Source: an uncultured delta proteobacterium (lineage in GTDB: Bacteria; Desulfobacterota; Binatia; UBA9968). Taken from it: a stretch of DNA of 64,000 bases. Numbering within the stretch: position 1 is the first letter of the stretch; every line of letters begins with the position of its first letter. Shown piece after piece: positions 10,040 through 18,523 of the stretch. A program made the translations under genes and the position numbers. The stretch lies in NCBI GenBank assembly GCA_963840855.1, contig CAWJBB010000069.1, forward strand, positions 32,001 through 96,000, written 5' to 3'. The notes under the pieces were generated by a model. It was not told where the DNA came from. It did not search any database and saw nothing but the letters and a program-made list of their open reading frames with translations.

Positions 10040-11422
10040 TCAAGGTTTGATGTTCTGATTCAAATGAAAAACATTTTCGGGATCGTAGCGTCTCTTGATC
10101 TCCACCAGGCGATCATAGTTGGATCCGTAAGCCGCGGCGACACGGTCGCCCTCCTCCGCGGTCATAAAGTTTACGTAAGCGCCGGCCGACGCATAAGGCG
10201 CACTGGCGTTAAAAAACTCGCGCGCCCACCCAATACACTTCTGGTCATCCTTCGCGTCATCCCATCGCCCGTGGACGTTCAAGACGAACTTCGCGTCCCG
10301 GTGGCCGTAGGCCATTGCGTTGGGAGCGATGCGATTCGGCGCGCCGGCACACAGTCCTATGAAAATCTCGCACTGCGGGGAGGGGAGCTTCCCGGCAAAC
10401 TCGATAACGGAGTTCAGCGCTCCGTCGGCAAGCTCGGTGAAGTTATGGGACTTCCAGTAGTTTCTTGCGCCGGGTGTCAGCAACGGGTCAAATGCTTTTT
10501 GCCAGGCAACATAGGGCTGGGCGCCGATATGCTCACCGTGAGCATTGCCGAAAGCGCGCACAGGGGCGATGAGTTTCTCTGCTTCCGCGACGGCGCCAGA
10601 GTAAAAGATAGGCAGCACAACAACTTCCTTGCCGTGTATATTTTCCGGAAGAAAAGGCAATGGCGGCGCCTTGCGCAGCACAACCCAGATATTGAGCTCC
10701 TCGGGAGCCGAATTTACAAATTGACGATACTTGGTAAGTATCTGTTTTGCCTGGTTGAACGGAAAAACGATCAGGCCGGCGACTATTTCGGGACCCACGG
10801 GGAAAAGCTGGAATTCGAACTGAGTGACGACGCCAAAGTTTCCCCCGCCACCGCGAATCGCCCAGAAAAGATCTGCATTTTCGGTTTCACTTACTCGTAT
10901 TTTCTTGCCTTCGGCGGTGACCAGGTCGACAGAGATGAGATTGTCGATGGTCATGCCGTATTTGCGAGTAAGCCAGCCGAAGCCGCCGCCCAAGGTTAAG
11001 CCCGCAATGCCTGTCGTGGAATTGATCCCTACCGGCGTGGCCAGACCGTGCGCCTGAGTCGCTTCATCCAAGTTCGCGAGGGTCGCCCCGGGCTCGACAT
11101 AGGCGCGCCTTTTCCTGGAATCCACGCGAACGTTCTTCATTCTTGAAAAATCGATCGTAACACCATTGTCGCATAGGGCATTTCCGGCGATGTTATGCCC
11201 GGCGCCGCGAATTGAAATTTCAAGCCCGTTTTCTCGCGCAAACCTGATCACCGGCGGGACATCGTCAGCCTGCGTGCATTGCACGATAACCGCGGGCCGC
11301 CGATCGATCATGGCGTTCCAAATCTGGCGCGCTTCCTCGTAATCGGGCTGACCGGGAACTAAAATGTTCCCTTTGATAGTGCCTCTGAGCTCTTCTCTCG
11401 CTCTCGACGTTTGAGTTGTCAT
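10040..11422 (-). CDS. FAD-linked oxidase (berberine bridge enzyme family)
   Basis: RGAGH FAD attachment motif, GGGGNFGVVT, YVNF...YDPENVF BBE tail. Confidence 0.9.
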   Translation of the reverse strand: MTTQTSRAREELRGTIKGNILVPGQPDYEEARQIWNAMIDRRPAVIVQCTQADDVPPVIRFARENGLEISIRGAGHNIAGNALCDNGVTIDFSRMKNVRVDSRKRRAYVEPGATLANLDEATQAHGLATPVGINSTTGIAGLTLGGGFGWLTRKYGMTIDNLISVDLVTAEGKKIRVSETENADLFWAIRGGGGNFGVVTQFEFQLFPVGPEIVAGLIVFPFNQAKQILTKYRQFVNSAPEELNIWVVLRKAPPLPFLPENIHGKEVVVLPIFYSGAVAEAEKLIAPVRAFGNAHGEHIGAQPYVAWQKAFDPLLTPGARNYWKSHNFTELADGALNSVIEFAGKLPSPQCEIFIGLCAGAPNRIAPNAMAYGHRDAKFVLNVHGRWDDAKDDQKCIGWAREFFNASAPYASAGAYVNFMTAEEGDRVAAAYGSNYDRLVEIKRRYDPENVFHLNQNIKP

Positions 11423-11455
11423 AATTACTTTGCCTCCAACCTTAAACTTGGCGCG

Positions 11456-12367
11456 CTAACAGAACGCCGGCGCCATTTCCTCTATTTGCTTTCTTCCTTC
11501 CGGCTTGATCTCCTCGACGGTTGCGAGAAAGTTCGGATGCGTCATGCCGGTGCCGAGATAGGTCCAGCGCATTCCTTTCAGGACGGCGTTGGTCATCTCC
11601 TCGCGCTCGCTCTTGGAGAGCTTTCTCCCGGTAGCTTGAACGAAGCTTTCCGCTTCGAACTCCGCTTGCTGCTTGATGCCGTTATCGATGAACATGCCGA
11701 TTTCGGCGTACTCTTCAAAGGCCTGATCGATCTCTTTTGGAGTAGAACCCTTCACGACCGACTCGACGATCAAAGTATCGAGCTTGGTATGCTGCGACTC
11801 TTCCAGCCAGTGGTGCTTGAGCAAGCTTTTGAACTGGGGGTCGAGGTTCTGATTATCCCTGACGCCTTCGATGTAGTGCCTCAGGGTGATCCATTCGATA
11901 TGGAGAATCGCAATTCCGACACCCAAAGGACTGTGCGAGAGAACAAAGCGGCTTATGTCTTCGGCGGGACCGATGAAGTCGCATTTGCTGCCGAACCCGC
12001 CCTCGAATTCTTGCCGGAAGCGCTTGAACAGATGAATGTGCTTTGCCTCTTCGCCGGCGAACTGAAGCAGAGCCCGCGCGCGGTAGTCATCTCCAGAGAG
12101 ATGAAGCCGCGCATGATCCACTACGTAGGGGAGAATAAATTCTTCCACCAGACCGAACATGGCGAGATATTCATGGCCGCGAATCTGATTCAAAGTGAGC
12201 TGTTCCTCGGCAGTGAGAAACGAAAGCTGTTTCACCTGCGCCAAGGATTCCGGCATGAACGGTTTGGTGAAGTCGAGCTGCTTGTCGCCGCCAATGATAT
12301 CGTCCACTTTCCAGCCGATTCGTTCAGAGGCGGCGAGCGCCGATTGGTATGAATAACTGTGTTGCAT
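11456..12367 (-). CDS. Ferritin-like diiron oxygenase (AurF-like) protein
   Basis: EE, EEAKH, EESQH diiron ligands. Confidence 0.7.
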   Translation of the reverse strand: MQHSYSYQSALAASERIGWKVDDIIGGDKQLDFTKPFMPESLAQVKQLSFLTAEEQLTLNQIRGHEYLAMFGLVEEFILPYVVDHARLHLSGDDYRARALLQFAGEEAKHIHLFKRFRQEFEGGFGSKCDFIGPAEDISRFVLSHSPLGVGIAILHIEWITLRHYIEGVRDNQNLDPQFKSLLKHHWLEESQHTKLDTLIVESVVKGSTPKEIDQAFEEYAEIGMFIDNGIKQQAEFEAESFVQATGRKLSKSEREEMTNAVLKGMRWTYLGTGMTHPNFLATVEEIKPEGRKQIEEMAPAFC

Positions 12368-12411
12368 TTTCCTTTCCTCCTTCTCAAGTGACGTTGCTGG
12401 AAATGCCTTAG

Positions 12412-12427
12412 AGCAGCCCGCGTGCCA
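12412..12427 (-). promoter_or_regulatory. sigma54 (-24/-12) promoter of the 12367-6816 operon
   Basis: Minus strand TGGCAC-GCGGG-CTGCT, 45 nt upstream of the ATG. Confidence 0.65.
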
Positions 12428-12495
12428 TCTTGTCTACGTCGGATTTATTGAGGAAAACCATTGACTTAGCGAAATCCACCATTATCGGAACAGTT

Positions 12496-12551
12496 GTGAG
12501 ATTTCACGAGTTACGAGATCTCACGTTCATCCCCTGTGAGATCTCGTAACT
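12496..12551. promoter_or_regulatory. Perfect 16-bp inverted repeat plus GTGAGATTTCAC palindrome; probable enhancer (UAS)
   Basis: AGTTACGAGATCTCAC (12509-12524) / GTGAGATCTCGTAACT (12536-12551), about 70-125 bp upstream of the sigma54 promoter. Confidence 0.55.
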
Positions 12552-12669
12552 GAAGACGAAGGAGTTAACCGGGGAAGGTGTCAATCGAATGTCGCCCAAT
12601 GTCAGGACAAAATCTGTGTGAAGGATTATTCCCCTTTCATAACAAGACAAAATTCGGAGGCGTAAGCGA

Positions 12670-14028
12670 ATGCCGACCTTTAAATCCGGGGCCAAAAAAC
12701 CCAAAAATATCGTCGCAGGACTCTGGCTAGTGTGGGTTGCCTTACTGGTTGCGCAGTCATCTTACGCTGACGACAAACTCACTGACATCTACACGTTTCC
12801 GGACATCCCCATCAAAGAATTTCACAACAAGTTGCTTCCCGATAGTGTCGGCGACCATCGCAAAATTCTTCTGGGGTCGGTCGGTAGCGATCTAGGGCGC
12901 GGGCCGAAAGATCCGCGCGATGAGTTTTGGATGGTGACCGACCGCGGACCTAATGGTCAGATCAAAGTGGATGGGACGAGCCGCCGTACTTTTTTGGTGC
13001 CGGAATTCAATCCGACGATCCTCAGAGTCAAAACCCAAGGCAAAGAGGTTGGTATTTTGGAAGCCCTACCCATCGTCGGCCAATCGGGGAAGGCCGTGAC
13101 GGGACTGCCGAATTTGAAAGGGATGAACGAGACGCCATACGACTACTCCGCTCAGGAATTGCTAAATTTCAATCCTAACGGTCTTGATACTGAAGGGCTC
13201 GTCCGCACGACCGCTGGTGACTTCTGGATCGTCGAAGAGTATGGGCCTTCACTTGTCCACGTGGATCGAACCGGCAAGGTGCTGAAGCGCTACATCCCCG
13301 AGGGGCTCAAGATCGAGGATACGGACTATCCCGTCGCCAACGTGTTGCCGGCGATCTATGGGAAGACAAAGATAAACCGAGGCTTCGAGGGGCTGGCGCT
13401 AAGCAACGATGAGAAGACTCTCTATATCGTGCTCCAAAGCCCGCTGCTCAATCCTGACGGAAAGACCGGAAACGCTTCGCGCAACACCCGGGTGCTTGTG
13501 TTCGACATCGCCGCCGAGAAAGTCACAGCCGAGTATACCTATCGATTCGACGCGTCGAGCGAATTCGACTCTAATCCCAGGAACAGCCCTGATGAGATGA
13601 AACTCTCGGGAGTAGCCTTTCTCAACCCAACCACACTTCTCGTGCTTGAGCGGACGGACCGCGTGGCGAAACTTTACAGCGTGGACATGAGTAAAGCGAC
13701 GAACATTCTTAACACTCGATGGGACGACGCGAAGACGGCTCCCGCTCTTGAAGCGCTCCACGATCCGGCGAGTGCGCAAGTGCGCGTTCTACCCAAGTCG
13801 CTCGTGCTCGATTTGAGTTCTCTATCCGGCATGCCCGAGAAGATCGAAGGAATCGCAGTGCTCGACCGGCATACCATCGCCGTCGCCAACGACAACGACT
13901 TCGACAGCGAAGAAAGTAAAGATGATGCTGAAGGCAACGGTATCGGAAAGGCAAAGAAATCTCAGATTTTCGTCATTTCTCTAACCAAACCCCTGCCGCT
14001 CCCTCTAGACAGCGTCGCTGCCCGCTAA
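12670..14028 (+). CDS. Esterase-like activity of phytase family secreted protein
   Basis: Signal peptide; TDRGPN, GLDTEG, EEYGP, NRGFEG, EKIEG, NDNDF motifs. Confidence 0.85.
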   Translation: MPTFKSGAKKPKNIVAGLWLVWVALLVAQSSYADDKLTDIYTFPDIPIKEFHNKLLPDSVGDHRKILLGSVGSDLGRGPKDPRDEFWMVTDRGPNGQIKVDGTSRRTFLVPEFNPTILRVKTQGKEVGILEALPIVGQSGKAVTGLPNLKGMNETPYDYSAQELLNFNPNGLDTEGLVRTTAGDFWIVEEYGPSLVHVDRTGKVLKRYIPEGLKIEDTDYPVANVLPAIYGKTKINRGFEGLALSNDEKTLYIVLQSPLLNPDGKTGNASRNTRVLVFDIAAEKVTAEYTYRFDASSEFDSNPRNSPDEMKLSGVAFLNPTTLLVLERTDRVAKLYSVDMSKATNILNTRWDDAKTAPALEALHDPASAQVRVLPKSLVLDLSSLSGMPEKIEGIAVLDRHTIAVANDNDFDSEESKDDAEGNGIGKAKKSQIFVISLTKPLPLPLDSVAAR

Positions 14029-14061
14029 CATTTTGGAAAACTATCTAACGCGTTTCTCTCT

Positions 14062-14301
14062 ACGCCGCTTCGGCGGGCAAGCAAAGCGCAAAGATCATGG
14101 CGCTCAGCGCAAGGACGGTAATTTCTCTCTTCATGTTTTTCTCTGCCCTCTCTACTCGACACTCGACACTCGCCCCACTTCTCACTTGATCACCTTATCG
14201 GCTCTATACAGCATAGATTGCGGAATGGTCAGGTCGATCTGCTTAGCCGTCTTGAGATTGATCACCAGCTCGAACTTCGTCGGCTGCTCCACCGGCAGGT
14301 C
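14062..14301 (-). pseudogene. Remnant junction of two ABC_sub_bind genes (C-terminus of one plus signal peptide of the next)
   Basis: 14301-14182 encodes [39 protein letters not shown]; from 14134 MKREITVLALSAMIFALCLPAEAA*. Confidence 0.8.
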
Positions 14302-14358
14302 AGGGTCATTGTCCTTGGATCTTTGTGCCTGCTGCCGTACCATGACAATGACCCTGAC
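14299..14358. repeat. Perfect 15-bp inverted repeat, 60-bp element
   Basis: GTCAGGGTCATTGTC ... GACAATGACCCTGAC with a 30-nt spacer. Confidence 0.7.
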
Positions 14359-14404
14359 GGTATTTTCCCATCTGCGCAGGTTGTGCTCAGCTAAAGGTGC
14401 TCCA

Positions 14405-15349
14405 TTAATTTAAAGGCTGTGGCTCGCCGTAGATAAAGTCATCCATCATAACGATGTCGTTCTTCCCATCATCATCCGGCCCCGGAGCAACGTCGCCGGT
14501 TGTGATCCGGACCCGCGCGATGCGCGCATCCTCAAACACGATGCCGAAGAAAGTAAGGCTCGCATCGCCCGGCGAGGCCGGAACGAAACTGCTGAACAAA
14601 AGCTTGCCGTACGCGTCGAAGTACTCCATCAGCGTGCTAGCGCCGCGGTTTCCTTTCTTCTTTCCAGGTCCGCTCCCATCCGGCTGGTCAACGTCTGTGA
14701 AGACCGCGCCGAATCCGGTGATCGTTGCTGGTATAGCTCCATTGGTGCCGGGCACGAAGAACGAAGCTTCGGTGATGTTGCTGCCCACTGGAGTGAACAA
14801 CCGCGACGGGCTGAAGGCGCTGAAAGTGGTGCCGTAGGTCGGATTGTTAAAGAGCGCCTCAAGGCCGCCCTGAGGCCCGCCCGATGCGGGAGCCTGTGAA
14901 AGGCCTATCCCCGGTGTCGTGAACTGACCACCGCGTGTGTTTAAGAACACATTGAACGGCGTTACCGGGGCTGTGGTATCCAGAACATTGGGGGGGTTGG
15001 CGCCGTCCCAGTTGATCTCGCGGCGACCGCTTCTGTCGAGCGGCGGTGGGTTATTGCCGTTGTTGGGATCGCCCAGAGCAGTGCGGAATGCAGCGACCGT
15101 CCCCTGAATCGAGTCGGCCGTTGACCCTGCCGCCTGGAACACAGCCGGCGCAACAAAGTCCTTGGATGAGTTGCCCTGCGCGTGCGCAGCCTGGCGGACT
15201 GGGACTAGCAACGTCATGAACAACAAGCCAAACGCGAGTACGTGAGTTAAAGGTACATGCCTCTTCATGATTGCATGCTCTATCGAGCCCCCTAGGCGGG
15301 GATGGTTATTTTCGACTTCCTCAATTTTCGTTGTAACTATGGTATTCAT
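14405..15349 (-). CDS. Conserved hypothetical secreted protein (true start possibly about 15269)
   Basis: Signal-like segment; [27 protein letters not shown] motifs. Confidence 0.7.
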   Translation of the reverse strand: MNTIVTTKIEEVENNHPRLGGSIEHAIMKRHVPLTHVLAFGLLFMTLLVPVRQAAHAQGNSSKDFVAPAVFQAAGSTADSIQGTVAAFRTALGDPNNGNNPPPLDRSGRREINWDGANPPNVLDTTAPVTPFNVFLNTRGGQFTTPGIGLSQAPASGGPQGGLEALFNNPTYGTTFSAFSPSRLFTPVGSNITEASFFVPGTNGAIPATITGFGAVFTDVDQPDGSGPGKKKGNRGASTLMEYFDAYGKLLFSSFVPASPGDASLTFFGIVFEDARIARVRITTGDVAPGPDDDGKNDIVMMDDFIYGEPQPLN

Positions 15350-15421
15350 TTCTTCTTCCTTTCTTATTTCATATGGGTTATTCGTGCTTTCCTATTAAAC
15401 GTGAGCGAATGTTCTCGAAGC

Positions 15422-15529
15422 TCATTCGATTCTCCGGCTCGCGATTAAATAATTCTTCTTTGGCTTACTGTAGAGTTGGTTCATCGCTAGATAGATGATA
15501 ACGATCGCAAGCAACAAAAACTCATTCAT
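15422..15529 (-). CDS. Small membrane peptide, 35 aa (MNEFLLLAIVIIYLAMNQLYSKPKKNYLIASRRIE)
   Basis: AGGAG/GAGG RBS, single TM helix, basic tail; below the ORF-track cutoff. Confidence 0.45.
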   Translation of the reverse strand: MNEFLLLAIVIIYLAMNQLYSKPKKNYLIASRRIE

Positions 15530-15603
15530 AAAATTCCTCTATCTCCTAACTAAATCTCATTTTGCAAAATCCATTTTCTCTGCTTTCGACAACTGTTTCT
15601 CGT

Positions 15604-16233
15604 TTACTTGTCCCAACAGCCAGGCGAAACGATATCAGCCGAGTCGTTAGTTTCTTCGACCCAGTTCTTCCCGACGCGCGACAGGACCATGGAGGCGACT
15701 TTGTCCTCCCCAAGCGCTGCAAACGCTTTTGCGACCGCAACAAGCCCTGATCGACTTTGCCTCTTCTCGGCTGCGACCATCGCGCGAAGAAGAAGCGCAT
15801 TTGTCGAGGAATAAGGACCTCTTTCCCTTTCCAGCGTTTTAATCCCATAGGCGGCGGCGAGTAACCCTGCCCAATCGTCGCGCCAGACTGCGAACATCCC
15901 CGCTTGCAAATACAAATGCTTCGCGTAATACAGATCGCCCTTTGCCCCCGCCGCATCCGCGAGTGCAAGAACGGGTTTCCAGTCTGGAATCTCCCGCCCG
16001 CTGAAGTCAGACTGCGACCATGTCAAAGCCGCCAGAACCAGAAGGGTCAGAAGTATTGCTCGATAGGTGACCGCCCACCACGACTTTGCGCGAAGATTCT
16101 CCCCAGAATGAGGTTGCGTAATATTGAGCGTTCCGCTTTCGACGGAACGGTTTTGATCTCGTAAACCCTGATCCGGTCGGGTTTGCCTATAAGGTGAATA
16201 AGTTGAGTGCATTGATTCGTCATTCTTGTTCAT
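15604..16233 (-). CDS. Hypothetical membrane-anchored protein
   Basis: One TM segment then a helical domain; overlaps the upstream small gene. Confidence 0.55.
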   Translation of the reverse strand: MNKNDESMHSTYSPYRQTRPDQGLRDQNRSVESGTLNITQPHSGENLRAKSWWAVTYRAILLTLLVLAALTWSQSDFSGREIPDWKPVLALADAAGAKGDLYYAKHLYLQAGMFAVWRDDWAGLLAAAYGIKTLERERGPYSSTNALLLRAMVAAEKRQSRSGLVAVAKAFAALGEDKVASMVLSRVGKNWVEETNDSADIVSPGCWDK

Positions 16234-16423
16234 GGGTACTTCGAGCCAAAGGGATTTTGCTTCTGACATTGATTTCCTCCGCATGGAGCCGAAGCCTTTT
16301 CGCCGCCATAAAACAGAGGGAGCAAACAATCATATCAAGCAGCCTAATGCCTTCATCTTCGCTCGTAACCCGATAGGCGCTACCTACAATCAACTCCCCG
16401 CAATATTGACAAGAACGTTTCAT
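16220..16423 (-). CDS. Small CxxC...CxxC zinc-binding protein
   Basis: MKRSCQYC...VCSLC; GGAAGGAG RBS before ATG 16423. Confidence 0.6.
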   Translation of the reverse strand: MKRSCQYCGELIVGSAYRVTSEDEGIRLLDMIVCSLCFMAAKRLRLHAEEINVRSKIPLARSTHEQE

Positions 16424-16485
16424 AACTCTCCTTCCAAAAACACGACACTCAATATCAGGAATAGACCAGACGGAACCGACCGATG

Positions 16486-16523
16486 ATGGGAGTCGAACCC
16501 AGACCTCTTGGATGCCATTCAAG
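16486..16523 (-). pseudogene. Degenerate tRNA-Ala(GGC) 3' fragment (anticodon arm plus T arm)
   Basis: Minus strand CTTGAATGGCATCCAAG-AGGTC-TGGGTTCGACTCCCA; no D arm, acceptor stem or CCA. Confidence 0.65.
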
Positions 16524-16681
16524 AATGTATCGTGACTAGATCCACCTGTTTACTGGTGTAGCCTAAGCATTGTGCCCTCGAGCTCCTCGAGGAGGACGGT
16601 GCGGGATTCATCGAACCGAATACGGTCAAAAATCATTCCGGAGAAGCACCACGATTTTTCTAATCATAGGCCCGCCTCTAG

Positions 16682-16697
16682 AGCAACGCGCGTGCCA
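16682..16697 (-). promoter_or_regulatory. sigma54 promoter
   Basis: Consensus TGGCAC-GCGCG-TTGCT, downstream of a sigma54 response regulator gene. Confidence 0.75.
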
Positions 16698-16807
16698 CGA
16701 ATAGAAGTCCGTAAAAATCGCAACTTATGAGTGAAGGGTATTGTCAAGAACCGTCGCAACCTTGCTACCCGGGGAGTAGCAAACTTGATTCAGTTGACAA
16801 CGGGACG

Positions 16808-16894
16808 AGCTAACGAGCTTCGGAACGTCATCGGCTTAGTATCTTTGATCAGCTCCAGAAGCTTTCCGCCGCTCTCCGCTAATGCTCGTTAGGC
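16808..16894. mobile_element. Degenerate attC-like site
   Basis: AGCTAACGAGC ... GCTCGTTAGGC terminal inverted cores; inner L boxes pair poorly. Confidence 0.35.
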
Positions 16895-17086
16895 CAGTGA
16901 TGTTGCCACCGGGTGTGTGGAGCCGCACTCAGAACAGCTTCGCTGCCAAGGTAGTGGCGAGTGCTTGCCTATCCAGTGGCCACCTTCGCCCCTGCGACAA
17001 AGAGCGACAAGGGAACGCGCGAGAAACTTGAGACCCAAGGTCATAGCCGGCGCGCGCGGAATTGCGGAGGGCTGGCGCAACGCCCG

Positions 17087-18523
17087 CTATTCTGGCGGTT
17101 CGGCAGAGAGTTCCGGTTGGTCACGGCGGCGCAGGCGTTTATTTAGGGCTTGCCGCGATACGCCGAGGAGCCCGGCGGCCACGCCCTGATTGCCGTCCGC
17201 TCGGCTCAGCGCCTCAGCGATCAACGCGTCCTCGGCCTCTTTGAGCGTGGGGAGCCGATCAGGAGACCACGCGACCAGCCCGGTGGACGGCTCCTCCGGC
17301 TGCTGGGCCGCGGCGAGGTCCGACTTGCCGGCAATGGCTTCTTTGAAGCTTTGCAGCGACAGGATCGTCCCCTCGTGGCGGGCAACCGCGTCGAAGATCA
17401 ACCCTTCCAACTCGCGCACGTTCCCTGGGAAACTATAGGTCTTGAGCAACTGACAGAGCGCCAGCGGCACCGTCGGCATAGGTTTGCCGAGGACGCGAGC
17501 CGCCTTGTCAACAAAGTGATTGATCAATAAAGAAAGGTCGCCCCTACGGGCACGCAACGGCGGCAGATGGAGATGGTGGGTCCGCAGTCGGTAATAGACG
17601 TCTTTGCGAAACGTCCCTGCGCTAACGCTCCGCGTGATATCACAATTCGTGGCGCAGACGATCCGGGCACAGCTCTGGCGTGGCCGATCCGCGCCGACAG
17701 GATAAAAGGTGCCATCCTGGAGGAGACGCAGCAACTTGACCTGCGAAGAGACTGAAAGGTCGCCGATCTCGTCGAGAAACAGGGTGCCCTCTGCTGTGCT
17801 CGTCATCAAGCCGTCCCGCGCCTGATCGGCGCCGGTAAACGCACCCCTCGTATGACCGAACAAGGTATCCGAGAACAGAGTATCGTCCAGGCCCGCCACA
17901 TTGACGGTGACAAGCTCTCCCGGGCGTGCCGAGAGCCGATGAAGCGCTCGAGCAACCAGTTCCTTGCCCGTGCCAGTTTCACCGGTAATCAAGACCGGCT
18001 GCGGTGACGGCGAAACAGCCTCGATATAGCGAAAGATCGCAAACATTTCCTTGCTCTGCGTGATGATTTCGGCGAAGGCTTCGCGCTGATGCGGCGTATC
18101 CGTCAGGAGACGCTCTTTCAGGGACAACACCTCCGCACGCAACATGCGGATCTCTAATGCGCGCTTAACAGACGATACCAGGCGGTTTTCTTCCACCGGC
18201 TTGACCAGATAGTCGACGGCGCCATCTTGCATACACTGCACCGCGGTCTGGAGATCGTTCGTCGCCGTCATAACAATGACCGGAATATCCGGATGATCTT
18301 CGGTAACTTGCTCCAGGAGCGCATGCCCGGATAGATGGGGCATCGTGAGGTCGAGCAGCAACGCCCCGATGTCCCGTTCCGCCAGTAGCGGCATTACGGA
18401 GCGACTATCGTCGACAGTGAGAACGTGCACCAGGCCCGAAGAGCGCAGCACGATGCTCGCGCTGTGCAGCACCGGGGTATCGTCATCCACCAACAGAACC
18501 GGCATATTGGAAACGTCTTTCAT
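17087..18523 (-). CDS. sigma54-dependent response regulator (NtrC family)
   Basis: REC domain, GETGTGKE, GAFTGA, LFLDEIGD, GNVREL, Fis HTH. Confidence 0.93.
   Translation of the reverse strand: MKDVSNMPVLLVDDDTPVLHSASIVLRSSGLVHVLTVDDSRSVMPLLAERDIGALLLDLTMPHLSGHALLEQVTEDHPDIPVIVMTATNDLQTAVQCMQDGAVDYLVKPVEENRLVSSVKRALEIRMLRAEVLSLKERLLTDTPHQREAFAEIITQSKEMFAIFRYIEAVSPSPQPVLITGETGTGKELVARALHRLSARPGELVTVNVAGLDDTLFSDTLFGHTRGAFTGADQARDGLMTSTAEGTLFLDEIGDLSVSSQVKLLRLLQDGTFYPVGADRPRQSCARIVCATNCDITRSVSAGTFRKDVYYRLRTHHLHLPPLRARRGDLSLLINHFVDKAARVLGKPMPTVPLALCQLLKTYSFPGNVRELEGLIFDAVARHEGTILSLQSFKEAIAGKSDLAAAQQPEEPSTGLVAWSPDRLPTLKEAEDALIAEALSRADGNQGVAAGLLGVSRQALNKRLRRRDQPELSAEPPE

Noticed and set aside
10025-12352. 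Long plus-strand ORFs (10025-10999, 11411-12352) and similar antisense ORFs (51500-52348, 54068-54985, 60340-61422)
   Set aside because: Shadow frames opposite well-supported genes in GC-rich DNA, with no motifs.
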